From an uncultured Nitrososphaerota archaeon (GTDB taxonomy: Archaea; Thermoproteota; Nitrososphaeria; Nitrososphaerales; Gagatemarchaeaceae), in assembly GCA_963703285.1 (NCBI GenBank), contig OY969807.1, positions 1,184,001 through 1,248,000 of the forward strand: DNA of 64,000 bases. The letters are read 5' to 3'. The notes under the pieces were generated by a model. That model did not search any database. It was given only the letters and a program-made list of their open reading frames with translations, and was not told the DNA's origin. Below are positions 30,664-40,301 of the stretch, piece after piece. Position 1 is the first letter of the stretch. Each line of letters begins with the position of its first letter. The translations under genes were made by a program, and so were the position numbers.

Positions 30664-31460
30664 GAAGAGCTTCTCCTTCGACACTCCCCTGAACACAGAG
30701 AGCCATGGCCTCAGTACCGAGAACTCACCTTCTATCGTGTTTGTGTGAACGACTCCCCTTGCATACTCGCCTGCGCTGTGGTTGACAGACTCGTGCCTGT
30801 ACACCCCGTCCAGAATCCCATAGGGACGGTAGTCGTCATGGTAGACCACTGCGCCTGTATCGACGTTCTTCACTATCCTCCGGAGGAGGTCTTCGCCTGT
30901 GACGTTCGTCGAAGGCACGATGACGACGTCGCCGGTCTCCCTCGATACCATGCCGATGAGAGGGGGCTTGTCTTTCTGGTAGGTCCCCCTCCCTCTCGCC
31001 TTCAGCGCGGTCCTTCTCCCGTGATGCCTGTCCTTCCTTTTTTCCCTTTGAGGCCAGCCGTGACGTAGAGCTCGTCGATCTCGACGGTGCCCTTGAGCTT
31101 CTTTGCCATCTGTCCTGCGTAGACGCTGCCCCTGATCTTCTTGGCCATGTAGTAGGCGTGCCTGTACGAGACCCTGATCGTCTTCGAGATCTCGAGGACA
31201 GAGACCTTGAACTGCATCATGAAAGCCATCATGAACCACTTGCGGAGGGGGACCTTGGTGTCCTGGAATATCGTCCCGCTCCTGTCGTTGAACCCAAAGT
31301 TGCACGCCTTGCACCAGTACATCTGGTAGCGCCCTCTCACGCCGTCCTTCACCACCCCATCAGATCCGCACCTAGGGCAGGTGACACCATCGGGCCATCT
31401 CATCTCCCTTAGCGTTGAGATGCACTCCTCCTCACGAGGCATGAATGAGCCGATGTTCAT
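30511..31460 (-). CDS. IS1595 transposase split by a -1 frameshift
   Basis: RWPDGVTCPRCGS, VEIDELYV.AGLKG, RGRGTY.KDKPP, VHTNTIEG. Confidence 0.9.
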
Positions 31461-31620
31461 ATCAGCAGGACAATAGACGGTGAACCGCAGTCAGTAAGCG
31501 CCCACGATAAGATTGCCAGACAAAGATGTGAAATCCTACTAATCAGTCACATGAGCGTAAAACCGAATAGGTACGGGACAATCGATATATACATTATAAA
31601 AGTCCGCGCATCCGACTTAA

Positions 31621-32427
31621 ATGAAGACGAACAAGGACAAAAGGAAATCTCCCTCTGCTTCTCAAGCTGACAAGAAGATTGTAAAGCCTGTCGAAGCGAC
31701 GGGCGGACCACTTCAAGATGTCGCGAACGCCAAGGTTACCAGGCGCGCCCTGATAAAAGGCACTGCTGCGGTGGCGGCGGTGGTGGGCGTTTCTGCTGCC
31801 AGCATAAAGATGGGACCAGCACCGAAGGAGCAGACGTCTTCATCTTCCGTTACATCAACCTTCACCTACGGCCAGTACACCGAGACCAATACCGCAACGG
31901 CTCCATCGTCTCCTCCACTGACGACCACGGACCCGTTCGGGGAGCAGACGATCACACTCAACGTGAACGGCAAGACCTACAACGTCAACGTGTGGCCGAG
32001 GACGATGCTCGTCGACGTACTGCGTGAGGACCTCAACCTCGTCTCGACGAAGAAGCCCTGCAACAGGATGACGTGCGGTGGGTGCACCGTTCTGATTGAT
32101 GGGCAGGCCCGTGAGTCCTGTAGTGTCCTGGCGCTTCGGGCCGTCGGCCACATCATACTCACAGGCGAGATAGCCACCGGAGACCCCGTCGTGAACGCCC
32201 TTCAGCAGGCCTGGGTCACCGCTGATGGGGGTCAGTGCACTTACTGCGGACCTGGTCTGGTCATGGCCGCTGCGGCTCTGCTCAAGGTGAACACCAGCCC
32301 GACGGTCCCGCAGATCAAAGATGCGCTGAGCGGGAACCTGTGTCGCTGCGGTAACTACACCCACATAATCAACGCAGTGCAGCTAGCTGCGACTAACCTG
32401 GCGGCACCGAGCTCAGGAGGTGCCTAG
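31621..32427 (+). CDS. 2x[2Fe-2S] subunit of xanthine-oxidase-family molybdoenzyme with Tat signal (PaoA/CoxS-like)
   Basis: TRRALIK plus hydrophobic stretch; C...TCGGCTV, QCTYC, NLCRC. Confidence 0.92.
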   Translation: MKTNKDKRKSPSASQADKKIVKPVEATGGPLQDVANAKVTRRALIKGTAAVAAVVGVSAASIKMGPAPKEQTSSSSVTSTFTYGQYTETNTATAPSSPPLTTTDPFGEQTITLNVNGKTYNVNVWPRTMLVDVLREDLNLVSTKKPCNRMTCGGCTVLIDGQARESCSVLALRAVGHIILTGEIATGDPVVNALQQAWVTADGGQCTYCGPGLVMAAAALLKVNTSPTVPQIKDALSGNLCRCGNYTHIINAVQLAATNLAAPSSGGA

Positions 32428-32429
32428 AG

Positions 32430-35042
32430 ATGAGCGCATCGAATTCCTACGGGCAGCCCGGTTCATCGTTCTCCATCGTCGGAAACCCCACCCTCGGCAG
32501 GCGTGACACCTACAACAAGCTTATCGGGAAGAAGCGTTTCGCCTCAGACATCCAGCCCTCCGACATCGGCATAGCTTCGACCACGGGCTTCCTGTACATG
32601 GGGTACGTCACATCCCCGCACGCGAGCGCCCTGATCAAGAGCATAGACGTCAGTGCGGCCGAGGCTGCGGGAGCGATCACTCTCACAGGCTTCGACTACG
32701 AATGGCTCCCCGCGACTGACTTCTACTCGACCTCCGGCCTGAGAGTCTACACGCCTCTGCCGACCACGCAGGTGAGGTACTGCGGGGAGGCCGTCGTCGC
32801 CGTCGGAGCGAGCAACCCCGACCTGGTCAACGACGCCATCCAGCTAGTCAAGGTGGAGTACGAACCTACGCCCGCCGTCTTCGACCCCGAGGAGGCGATC
32901 AAGTCGGGAGCCCCGCAGCTCTGGCCCAACGGGAACATGCCAGCAGGCACAATAGTGACGGGCATCCTCACCCAGCCCTCTCTGCTCTCCTCTGCTCAGG
33001 ACGCGTACGGCGACGTCAACGCCGCGATAGACGAGGCAGACCAGGTCGTCACGTTACCAGTACTTGATACCGCTGCCTACCCGCACCAGATGCTCGACAC
33101 GCGCACACAGATCATCCAGTACACTTCACAAACGAACGCGGTCGACATGTCTCAAGCAGCAACGACCGGGGTCGGCATCACCTCTACCGGGCCCTCGTTC
33201 ACCTCTTACACCGGCAGCGAGTACGCCGTCACCGTCCAGAACGACCTCGCGAGCTGGTTCCAGCTGCCGGCGGCCAACGTGAGAGCATGCACTGGGCTTG
33301 GAGGCGCAGAGGCCGGGTCCCAGGGTGGGTCGATGGGATCGACGATCCCTCCATGGGAGGGCCTCATGATATCCGCTGCGATGGCGAAGAAATCGGGACA
33401 GGTCGTGAAGAACACGTACACCAGGGACGAGGGCGTCAAGTTCACGCAACACCGCTATTCCATGCGCGGTTACCTGACGATAGCCGCGAAAGGCGGGTAC
33501 ATCACTGCGCTGAAGGCGGAGGTGTACACGAACGTGGGCGCCATGGCCGGCTCCGCCTCGGAGCTCTCGGAGCTCTACGCCATGTACAACATCCCCAACG
33601 TCAACCTCGTGAGCTACACGGCGAACACCAACCTGTTCTGCACTCAATCCGCAATGCGCGACGTGGGCGAGAGCCAGGCCGGCTTCATGATAGAGACGGC
33701 GGTCGACATGCTCGCCGAGAAGTACGGCATGGACCCCGTCCAGTTCAGGCTGCAGAACATGAAGACGGCGTACTATGTCGACAACACGACCACACCGCCG
33801 ACGGTCTACAACGACACGGCGTTCGACCCGACCACGGGATACCCCTTCAGCAGCTTCGGACAGCCAGAGCACCTTCTCCTGGCCGCGAATTCCGGCAACT
33901 TCAACTGGAAAGCCAGGTGGAAGGGCTGGGGCGTTCCGAGCGCGGTAGTGACCAACTCCGGCGAGACTGTCGGCACAGGGCTGAAGCTGAGAGGAATCGG
34001 CGTCGCCCTGACATCGGGGAACAAGGGGTCCCTGCGTGCCCCAGACACCGGCCAGATCCAGGTCCTGCCATCCGGAGCGGTGAACATCTACAGCGGCATC
34101 ATGGACCACGGCGGGGGCGGCCCCACTGCCATACCCATGATCGGCGCGGAGGCGATAGGGCTAACCTTGAAGCAGTACGGGAACAGCGTCTCCACCCCCG
34201 GGAACGGCGTGACGGCCTACATGTCAGACACCAGTCTCACGACCGACTCGGGCATAACCGCTGGCAGCGCCGGGACGCGCAACATGGGCCTAGGAATGAC
34301 AGCGGCAGCGGCGAACCTGGGAAGCCAGTGGTTCCCGCTCATCGCGGCCAAGCTCGCTCCAGGGACCAAAGCAACTAACCTCGCCTTCGGCGGAGGCACC
34401 TCCGGTCAGCCGTCAGGGATAATCTTCGACACGACCAACCCCTCCAACCAGATGACCTTCCAAGCCGCATGCGCCCTCCTGCCAACAGCTGGTCTCAAGG
34501 GATTGGGCAACTACACACCGCCAGCCCACACGGCCTACCGTGTCGGAGGCACGAGGTTCGTCGAGGTCGAGGTCGACACCGAGACGGCCGACGTCCGCGT
34601 CATCGACTTCGTGGGTGGGCTGGGGCTAGGCAGGGTCATATTCCCGCTGGGAGCCGAGGCCCAGGCTCAGGGCGGCTTTATTGTCGGTGCAAGTGCGGCG
34701 CTCTTCGACGAAGTCATACCCGACTCGTCGACCGGCCTCAAGTACTCCGGACTATACCTTAACCCCAACTATCTAGACCTGAAGGTGGCAAGCATATACC
34801 AGACGCCCAACCGCAACATGCCCATCTATGTGGAGCAGGTCGACCCCTACGCCCCCTTCGGAGCGGTGGGAATCGGCGAGAACTCCCAGATGAGCACAGA
34901 AGTAGTGGTCCTGAACGCCCTCTCCAACGCGCTCGGCGGCTACAGGTTCACCAAATATCCGGTCCGGAAGGAGGACATCGTCACGGCCCTGCAATGGGTG
35001 AAGGCGAACAAGCCCTCTTTGCTGGAGGCACCGTCATCCTAA
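32430..35042 (+). CDS. Molybdopterin-binding large subunit (PaoC/CoxL-like)
   Basis: SPHA.A.I.SID, VRY.GE, A...G.DP..FRL.N, EVEVD.ET, GA.GIGE. Confidence 0.92.
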   Translation: MSASNSYGQPGSSFSIVGNPTLGRRDTYNKLIGKKRFASDIQPSDIGIASTTGFLYMGYVTSPHASALIKSIDVSAAEAAGAITLTGFDYEWLPATDFYSTSGLRVYTPLPTTQVRYCGEAVVAVGASNPDLVNDAIQLVKVEYEPTPAVFDPEEAIKSGAPQLWPNGNMPAGTIVTGILTQPSLLSSAQDAYGDVNAAIDEADQVVTLPVLDTAAYPHQMLDTRTQIIQYTSQTNAVDMSQAATTGVGITSTGPSFTSYTGSEYAVTVQNDLASWFQLPAANVRACTGLGGAEAGSQGGSMGSTIPPWEGLMISAAMAKKSGQVVKNTYTRDEGVKFTQHRYSMRGYLTIAAKGGYITALKAEVYTNVGAMAGSASELSELYAMYNIPNVNLVSYTANTNLFCTQSAMRDVGESQAGFMIETAVDMLAEKYGMDPVQFRLQNMKTAYYVDNTTTPPTVYNDTAFDPTTGYPFSSFGQPEHLLLAANSGNFNWKARWKGWGVPSAVVTNSGETVGTGLKLRGIGVALTSGNKGSLRAPDTGQIQVLPSGAVNIYSGIMDHGGGGPTAIPMIGAEAIGLTLKQYGNSVSTPGNGVTAYMSDTSLTTDSGITAGSAGTRNMGLGMTAAAANLGSQWFPLIAAKLAPGTKATNLAFGGGTSGQPSGIIFDTTNPSNQMTFQAACALLPTAGLKGLGNYTPPAHTAYRVGGTRFVEVEVDTETADVRVIDFVGGLGLGRVIFPLGAEAQAQGGFIVGASAALFDEVIPDSSTGLKYSGLYLNPNYLDLKVASIYQTPNRNMPIYVEQVDPYAPFGAVGIGENSQMSTEVVVLNALSNALGGYRFTKYPVRKEDIVTALQWVKANKPSLLEAPSS

Positions 35043-35057
35043 GGGTGGTGAAAACAA

Positions 35058-36134
35058 ATGCAATATGAACTAAACCAATTCGGATACCTACAGCCAACAT
35101 CGGTCAGTGACGTGGTCTCGCTCCTGACCAAGTACGGCGGCCAGGCGAGGGTCATGGCCGGAGGAACGGACCTGCTCTATCTGATGAAGCAGCACGTGGA
35201 ACTCCTCACACCGCAGTACGTCATCGACCTCACCGGGCTCAACCTCGGCGGCATAAGCTACGGCTCTGGCGGCCTGACCATCGGCGCAACGACGCCTGTC
35301 TCCACGATCAAGACCGACCCAAACGTCAACCAGTACTACCCTGCGCTCGCCCAGGCGGCCACCGGGCATCCGGCGCAGATAGGCAACCAGGCGACCGCGG
35401 CTGGGGACATATCCCAGGAGGTCTGGTGCTGGTACCTCCGCAACAACGTCGACTGCTGGAGGAACGGCGGGAACGTCTGCTACGCCGTCGTGGGTGACAA
35501 CCGCTACTATCACAGCCTGTTCGGGGGCAACCTCTGCTACGCGGTGCACGCCGGCGACCTCTCCGCACCACTAATGGCGCTCGGCGCCACGCTCACGGTG
35601 CAGGGGCCCGGAGGCACAAGCACGAGGACGATGGAGCAGCACCTCCCAGGAGTCAGCATCGTCGACGGGCGAGTCAAGGAGAACAGCCTGCGCTACAACG
35701 AGATAATCACCTCGATCAACATACCGACACCTGCATCTAACACACAGCAGGCCTACTTCAGAATCACCGACAGGACGGCGATAGACTTCCCGCTCGCTAG
35801 CTGCGCGGCAGTCGTGTCATTCAGCGGGTCAACTGTCACTGGTTCGAAGATCGTGCTCGGTCACGTCGCGACCGTTCCCATCAGGGCGAGCGCGGCCGAG
35901 TCGTACATCAGCGGCAAGACGCTGACAGAGTCCGTCATCGCAACGGCCGCACAGAAGGCGTTCGCGTCAGCAGCTCCGCTGACCCACAAGAGCATAAACG
36001 CTGCTGCGGGTACTGGCCAGGGCAACGCGTTCCGGTCGTACATCGGTCAGGGGGCAGTCACAAACGCCCTCCGTAGCCTGTCCAGCGCCTCGCCGGGAGT
36101 AGCCACCTCTTCAAACGCGACAAACACAATCTAA
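35058..36134 (+). CDS. FAD subunit with [4Fe-4S] insert (PaoB/HcrB-like)
   Basis: AGGTDL, IGA.T, CWYLR....CWRNGG..C, C.AVH. Confidence 0.92.
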   Translation: MQYELNQFGYLQPTSVSDVVSLLTKYGGQARVMAGGTDLLYLMKQHVELLTPQYVIDLTGLNLGGISYGSGGLTIGATTPVSTIKTDPNVNQYYPALAQAATGHPAQIGNQATAAGDISQEVWCWYLRNNVDCWRNGGNVCYAVVGDNRYYHSLFGGNLCYAVHAGDLSAPLMALGATLTVQGPGGTSTRTMEQHLPGVSIVDGRVKENSLRYNEIITSINIPTPASNTQQAYFRITDRTAIDFPLASCAAVVSFSGSTVTGSKIVLGHVATVPIRASAAESYISGKTLTESVIATAAQKAFASAAPLTHKSINAAAGTGQGNAFRSYIGQGAVTNALRSLSSASPGVATSSNATNTI

Positions 36135-36166
36135 GTAGAGACCGCATCTTGAAATAGGTCGAGCTC

Positions 36167-36442
36167 ATGGGGAAATTGGTCTCCATGAGTTCGACTGAGG
36201 GCCTCCAGTCAGCCGGAGGGGAAGGCGAGCCAAAAGAGCTTACTCTCCGCGAAATCCGGAAGCAATTCAAGGACAGATGGGTCGCCGTGGTTGTTACCAG
36301 AAGAGATAGGAACATGCAGCCTACGGGGGGGAAGGTCGTCGCTGAGGACATCGACAGGTATTTGCTCAGACAGAAGCTGGGTGCCTACAAGGACATCTGC
36401 ATCTTCTTCGCTGGTGATCCGATATATCTTCCAATCCTCTAA
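36167..36442 (+). CDS. DUF5678-like small protein, copy 1
   Basis: FKDRWVAV...G.VVAED.DR..L......IFFAG. Confidence 0.65.
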   Translation: MGKLVSMSSTEGLQSAGGEGEPKELTLREIRKQFKDRWVAVVVTRRDRNMQPTGGKVVAEDIDRYLLRQKLGAYKDICIFFAGDPIYLPIL

Positions 36443-36459
36443 TCTCGACTGCTCTCGCA

Positions 36460-36804
36460 GTCACCGAACACTCCTTCGGGAGACACTGCGTGGTGTCGAA
36501 GGTCGATGCGCACATGCTGGGCCACTCGGAGACAGCCAACAACAACCTCATGGGCGAAGCAAAGAACACTCTTACGTTCACTAGCGACGGCGGTTACCGC
36601 AAGGCGCTGGCGGTCAGGATGGCACAGGTTGAGAATGGAGCCACGCCTTTCAGGAACGTCGATTTCCTGGCCGTCGACATTCCTCAGGTGACAGGATTCG
36701 ACGCGGTACTCGGACGGTGCCCCCTCCGGTTCACGAAGCTAGAAACAGGCCACCCGGCAACGCAACCAAGGAATGAGGAGAAAGAGCGGGGTCCGGAACC
36801 GTGA
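36460..36804 (+). pseudogene. Retropepsin-like protease A, copy 1; catalytic segment deleted
   Basis: Aligns with 38479-38887 but lacks the FPTV...DPGAE segment; GTC at the start position. Confidence 0.65.
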
Positions 36805-37217
36805 GGTTCGCGCTAGGTAACCCCCTTCTAGTAAGCGCCCGCGTGGAGGGACAGTACGGCATCGTGAGGGAGGTGGCCTCCCTCATCGATTTCAACGCTC
36901 CGTACTGCATCATCCTCCGTCTTGATGCCATAGACCTAGGGTATCCCCATGCAGCCAACAAGCATGTGGATGAGGAGAGGATTCGTCCGGACAGGGTGCC
37001 CACGCTGACTAGCTGGCAGGGAATACAGAGGGGCATCGTCGTGAGGCTGAACAAGGTCTCTGTCGGCTCAGTCGTCGCGAAGGATGTCGACGCTGTGGTT
37101 CTCGAACTCCAGCACCCTCGATTCCACACGTTCGACTTCGTGCTTGGGCGTACCTTCTTGGCGAACTGCAAGCTCACCGTCGATGTAAAGAAAGGCTACA
37201 TCTCGTTGCGGTCATGA
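36801..37217 (+). CDS. Retropepsin-like protein B, copy 1 (DFN in place of DTG)
   Basis: LIDFNA.YC.I...DA..LGY, VS.G....DV...V, DFVLGRTFL. Confidence 0.7.
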   Translation: MRFALGNPLLVSARVEGQYGIVREVASLIDFNAPYCIILRLDAIDLGYPHAANKHVDEERIRPDRVPTLTSWQGIQRGIVVRLNKVSVGSVVAKDVDAVVLELQHPRFHTFDFVLGRTFLANCKLTVDVKKGYISLRS

Positions 37218-37480
37218 CGTCTCGAAGCCTGACCTGTCAGAGCTGCCGCGTCTGCGGACGGGTCGGGTATTCCAAGCCTGGTTCGACTCGTGCCATCTCC
37301 CTGACGTTTATCTCGTAGGACGGGCGTCTAGGGGACGCTACCGGTGTTGAGTACGAGAAAGCACCGCCTGGTCCGATTTCCACGGTCATCGTGATCACCG
37401 GCATTGGCTGCTGGTTGGATAGTATCAGCACCGAAATCGGTTCAGTGGCGTTGTCGTGCCCCCGATTTTGATTCGAGGAT

Positions 37481-37981
37481 TCAGCACGACGGCAGTGTGA
37501 CCATGAACGTATCGGTCCCCGTCGCGCCGTTGGAGTCGGTCGCCGTGATTACGTACGTCGTGAGAAGAGCCTCAATGCCCGCCCACGTGGAGCCTACCAA
37601 CGTCGAGTACCGGAAGGTACCGTTGGCTCCGACGGGCACAGTCACAGCAACAAGGGAGACCAACGAGCCCTGCGGCGCCACTTGGATGAAGACGCTGTCT
37701 GAAGGCGTCGGCGCTGGGCTGATGCTTCCCGAGATTGTCAGGTTCTGGTCCGCGTACAGCGCATAACCCGGGTCCGGGCTTGAGAATGCTATCGAGCCTA
37801 CGGAGGTTATCATCGTGGTGCTGGTCGTGGCGGAGAGTGACTCGGTCATCGTTGCGCTGCTGGTCACGGCGAACGAGGGCGAAGTCGTCGTGGTCCCTAA
37901 AGAGTAGATCACCAGGCTCACGCCAACCAGCAACACGACTACAGCAACGACCACGAGCCTTCGCGCGATCGATTGTTCCAT
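37481..37981 (-). CDS. Membrane-anchored Ig-like protein, copy 1
   Basis: TM, Thr/Ser linker, QNLTISG..SP.P...D, TYVITATDS.GATGT. Confidence 0.7.
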   Translation of the reverse strand: MEQSIARRLVVVAVVVLLVGVSLVIYSLGTTTTSPSFAVTSSATMTESLSATTSTTMITSVGSIAFSSPDPGYALYADQNLTISGSISPAPTPSDSVFIQVAPQGSLVSLVAVTVPVGANGTFRYSTLVGSTWAGIEALLTTYVITATDSNGATGTDTFMVTLPSC

Positions 37982-38206
37982 ATCAATCGCTGGTGGTCTA
38001 AAAACCCAACCAGTATTTACGATTTCCCCAGACAAAAACTACATATGTTATGTGTTTCTTGATAGAGCGTAGGCCAAAACTACATTCTCATCCCCCCTGT
38101 CTATCTCACACCCGCGCCGCAACGATGTATGCTTGCGAGCGGAAGACGCCCGGTCACAAGCACAAAAAATTAATACATCGACCATCTGAACAGCCAGACG
38201 TTTCCC

Positions 38207-38464
38207 ATGAGCTCGGCTGGGAGCGTCCCGTCAACAGGGGAGCAGGGCGAACCGGAGGACCTTGCTCTCCCAGAGATCCGGAAGCTGCACAAGGACAGAT
38301 GGGTTGCTGTCGTAGTGACCGCAAGGGACACCAACCTCTTTCCGTCGAGAGGCAGGGTCGTCGCCGAGGACACCGACAGGTACATGCTCAGACAGAAGCT
38401 GGGGAAATACCCTGATATCTGCATCTTCTTCGCTGGTGATCCGCCATATCCTCTGCTCCTCTAG
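38207..38464 (+). CDS. DUF5678-like small protein, copy 2
   Basis: Close paralogue of 36167-36442. Confidence 0.65.
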   Translation: MSSAGSVPSTGEQGEPEDLALPEIRKLHKDRWVAVVVTARDTNLFPSRGRVVAEDTDRYMLRQKLGKYPDICIFFAGDPPYPLLL

Positions 38465-38478
38465 CCAAGTCTGACACC

Positions 38479-38887
38479 GTGAGCGAAACCGACTTCGGGA
38501 AATTCCCCACGGTGTTCGTCCGCCTCAAGGGCCGCGCCGCGGGCGTGAGGGAACTCGAGCGCGCTGATAGACCCGGGTGCGGAGTACTGCGTCATATCGA
38601 AGGTCGATGCCTACCTCCTAGGTTATTCACAGGTCGTGAACGACGACCCGGTATCTCAGGCCAGCAACTGGGTCACCTTTGCGAGCTACTCTGGGTACGG
38701 CAAGGCGCCGCTAATTCGGATGGCACAGGTCGATCTTGGTGCCATGTCTTTCAAAAACGTCGATTTCCTGGCGCTCGACATACCCCAGGTGACAGGATAC
38801 GATGTCGTTCTCGGGCGCAGCCTCCTGCAGTTCCTGAAGTTCGAGTTCGACTATCCTGCATCCAAGCTGAAGATAGAGGGGAAGTAA
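38479..38887 (+). CDS. Retropepsin-like aspartic protease A, copy 2; +1 frameshift at ~38557
   Basis: Corrected frame reads SALIDPGAEYCVIS...DVVLGRSLL. Confidence 0.7.
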
Positions 38888-38901
38888 GGGAGTCTGGAAG
38901 G

Positions 38902-39234
38902 GTTGAGGCTCCAACTAGCGAACCCTACCCTGGTAGGCGCAGGGTGGAAATGCCCCTTGGCATCGCGAGGGAGGTCAAGTCGGTCCTCGATTTCAACGCT
39001 CCGCACTGCACCATCCTCCGTCGGGACGCGATAGACCAAGGGATACAGAGGGGCATCATAGTGAAGCTACACAAGGTTTCTGTCGGCACCATCGTCGCGA
39101 GCGACGTGGACGCGACGGTTCTAGAACTCCGGCACCCGCGATTTCTCACGTACGATTTCGTGCTGGGCCGCACCTTCCTGAAGAGCTGCAAGCTCACCGT
39201 CGACGTGAACAAGGGCTACCTCTCGCTGCGGTAG
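38902..39234 (+). pseudogene. Retropepsin-like protein B, copy 2; internal deletion of about 27 codons
   Basis: DAIDQGIQRG versus DAIDLGYPH...SWQGIQRG in copy 1. Confidence 0.65.
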
Positions 39235-39263
39235 CAGGCCCCCTGCGCCTCGCGGGGCTCGGG

Positions 39264-39749
39264 TCAACAACACCAGATGTCGCCATAGGTGACGATGAAC
39301 ATCTCGGTCCCCGTCGCGCCACTCGAGTCTGTGGCGGTTATGACGTAAGTGCCTGAGGGCCATGTGGGGCCCACAGACGTGGAGTACGAGAAGGTCCCGG
39401 CCGATTGAACGGCCACGGTCCCCTCGTGGAGGACGGTGAGCGAACCCTGTTGGGTCACCTCGATCAGGATGCTGTCCGGGGTCGTCGGCTCGGGTGAGAC
39501 GGCTCCCGAAATGGTGAGGTTCTGATTCGGCGCCAGCGTCTCGTACGCCTCCGGGTTTGAGAAGGCTATCGCGCCCGCTGGCTCGGTCGACGTTGTAGAC
39601 ATGGTCGTGGAGGTCGGCGGCTCGGTCATTGTGCTGGACGTGGTGAACCGCGGAACTGTCGTGTTGCCCATCCCAAGGGCCAAAAGGCTCGCGCACAGCA
39701 GCAGCACGACTAAGAGCAGGACTACCCTAGGTGCGATCGATACCTTCAT
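39264..39749 (-). CDS. Membrane-anchored Ig-like protein, copy 2
   Basis: Paralogue of 37481-37981 with similar upstream sequence. Confidence 0.7.
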   Translation of the reverse strand: MKVSIAPRVVLLLVVLLLCASLLALGMGNTTVPRFTTSSTMTEPPTSTTMSTTSTEPAGAIAFSNPEAYETLAPNQNLTISGAVSPEPTTPDSILIEVTQQGSLTVLHEGTVAVQSAGTFSYSTSVGPTWPSGTYVITATDSSGATGTEMFIVTYGDIWCC

Positions 39750-39849
39750 CAAATCAATCGCCGGTTGTCCGGCTGCCCACCCAGTAGTTAACAGTCTAGG
39801 TCAGCTAGCTCGGCGCACCGTCGGTCTCGTTCGCACAGGTTGGCGCCGA

Positions 39850-40155
39850 TTAGGAGTCGACCCCTATCATCCGCAGCACCTCAGGCTCGATAATGTGAAA
39901 CTTCCTGCCCTCCTTCGCGAACCTGACCGCCACGTCGCTCTGGGACGTGAAGTAGCATTCGTCAAGGCCGTAGTATGCCAGCACTCCGTGCTCCTTGTTC
40001 AAGCAGACGTGGATCTGGAAGTCCTCCGCGAAGTACATCTTCTTTCCGCAGAGGATGCAAGCCTTCTCCGCTTGGTCCGCCGAGCTCACCTTGCGGGCCG
40101 AGCCAGGGGGCGTACAGCCGTCTGCAGCTTCGTCCTTTGTCAGCATCCCGACCAC
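39850..40155 (-). CDS. Small putative zinc-binding protein
   Basis: CILC...HVC....H. Confidence 0.5.
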   Translation of the reverse strand: MVGMLTKDEAADGCTPPGSARKVSSADQAEKACILCGKKMYFAEDFQIHVCLNKEHGVLAYYGLDECYFTSQSDVAVRFAKEGRKFHIIEPEVLRMIGVDS

Positions 40156-40301
40156 CAGCCCCGTGCTCAGGCCTCCAGATGTAGCTTGCGGAGGTCCGTC
40201 TTGCGGCGAGCACGTCGGGATTTCCGAAGCGGCTGGGAGAACTCAATGGCAATGTTAATACGCACTGAATCGGGGTTCGACCCGAAGGACGTAGCCAGTC
40301 T

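Larger units (their letters stand above)
30245..31557 (-). mobile_element. IS1595-family insertion sequence, copy 1 (1313 bp)
   Basis: 25-bp perfect TIR CGCTCATGTGACTGATTAGTAGGAT; zinc-ribbon plus DDE transposase. Confidence 0.95.
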
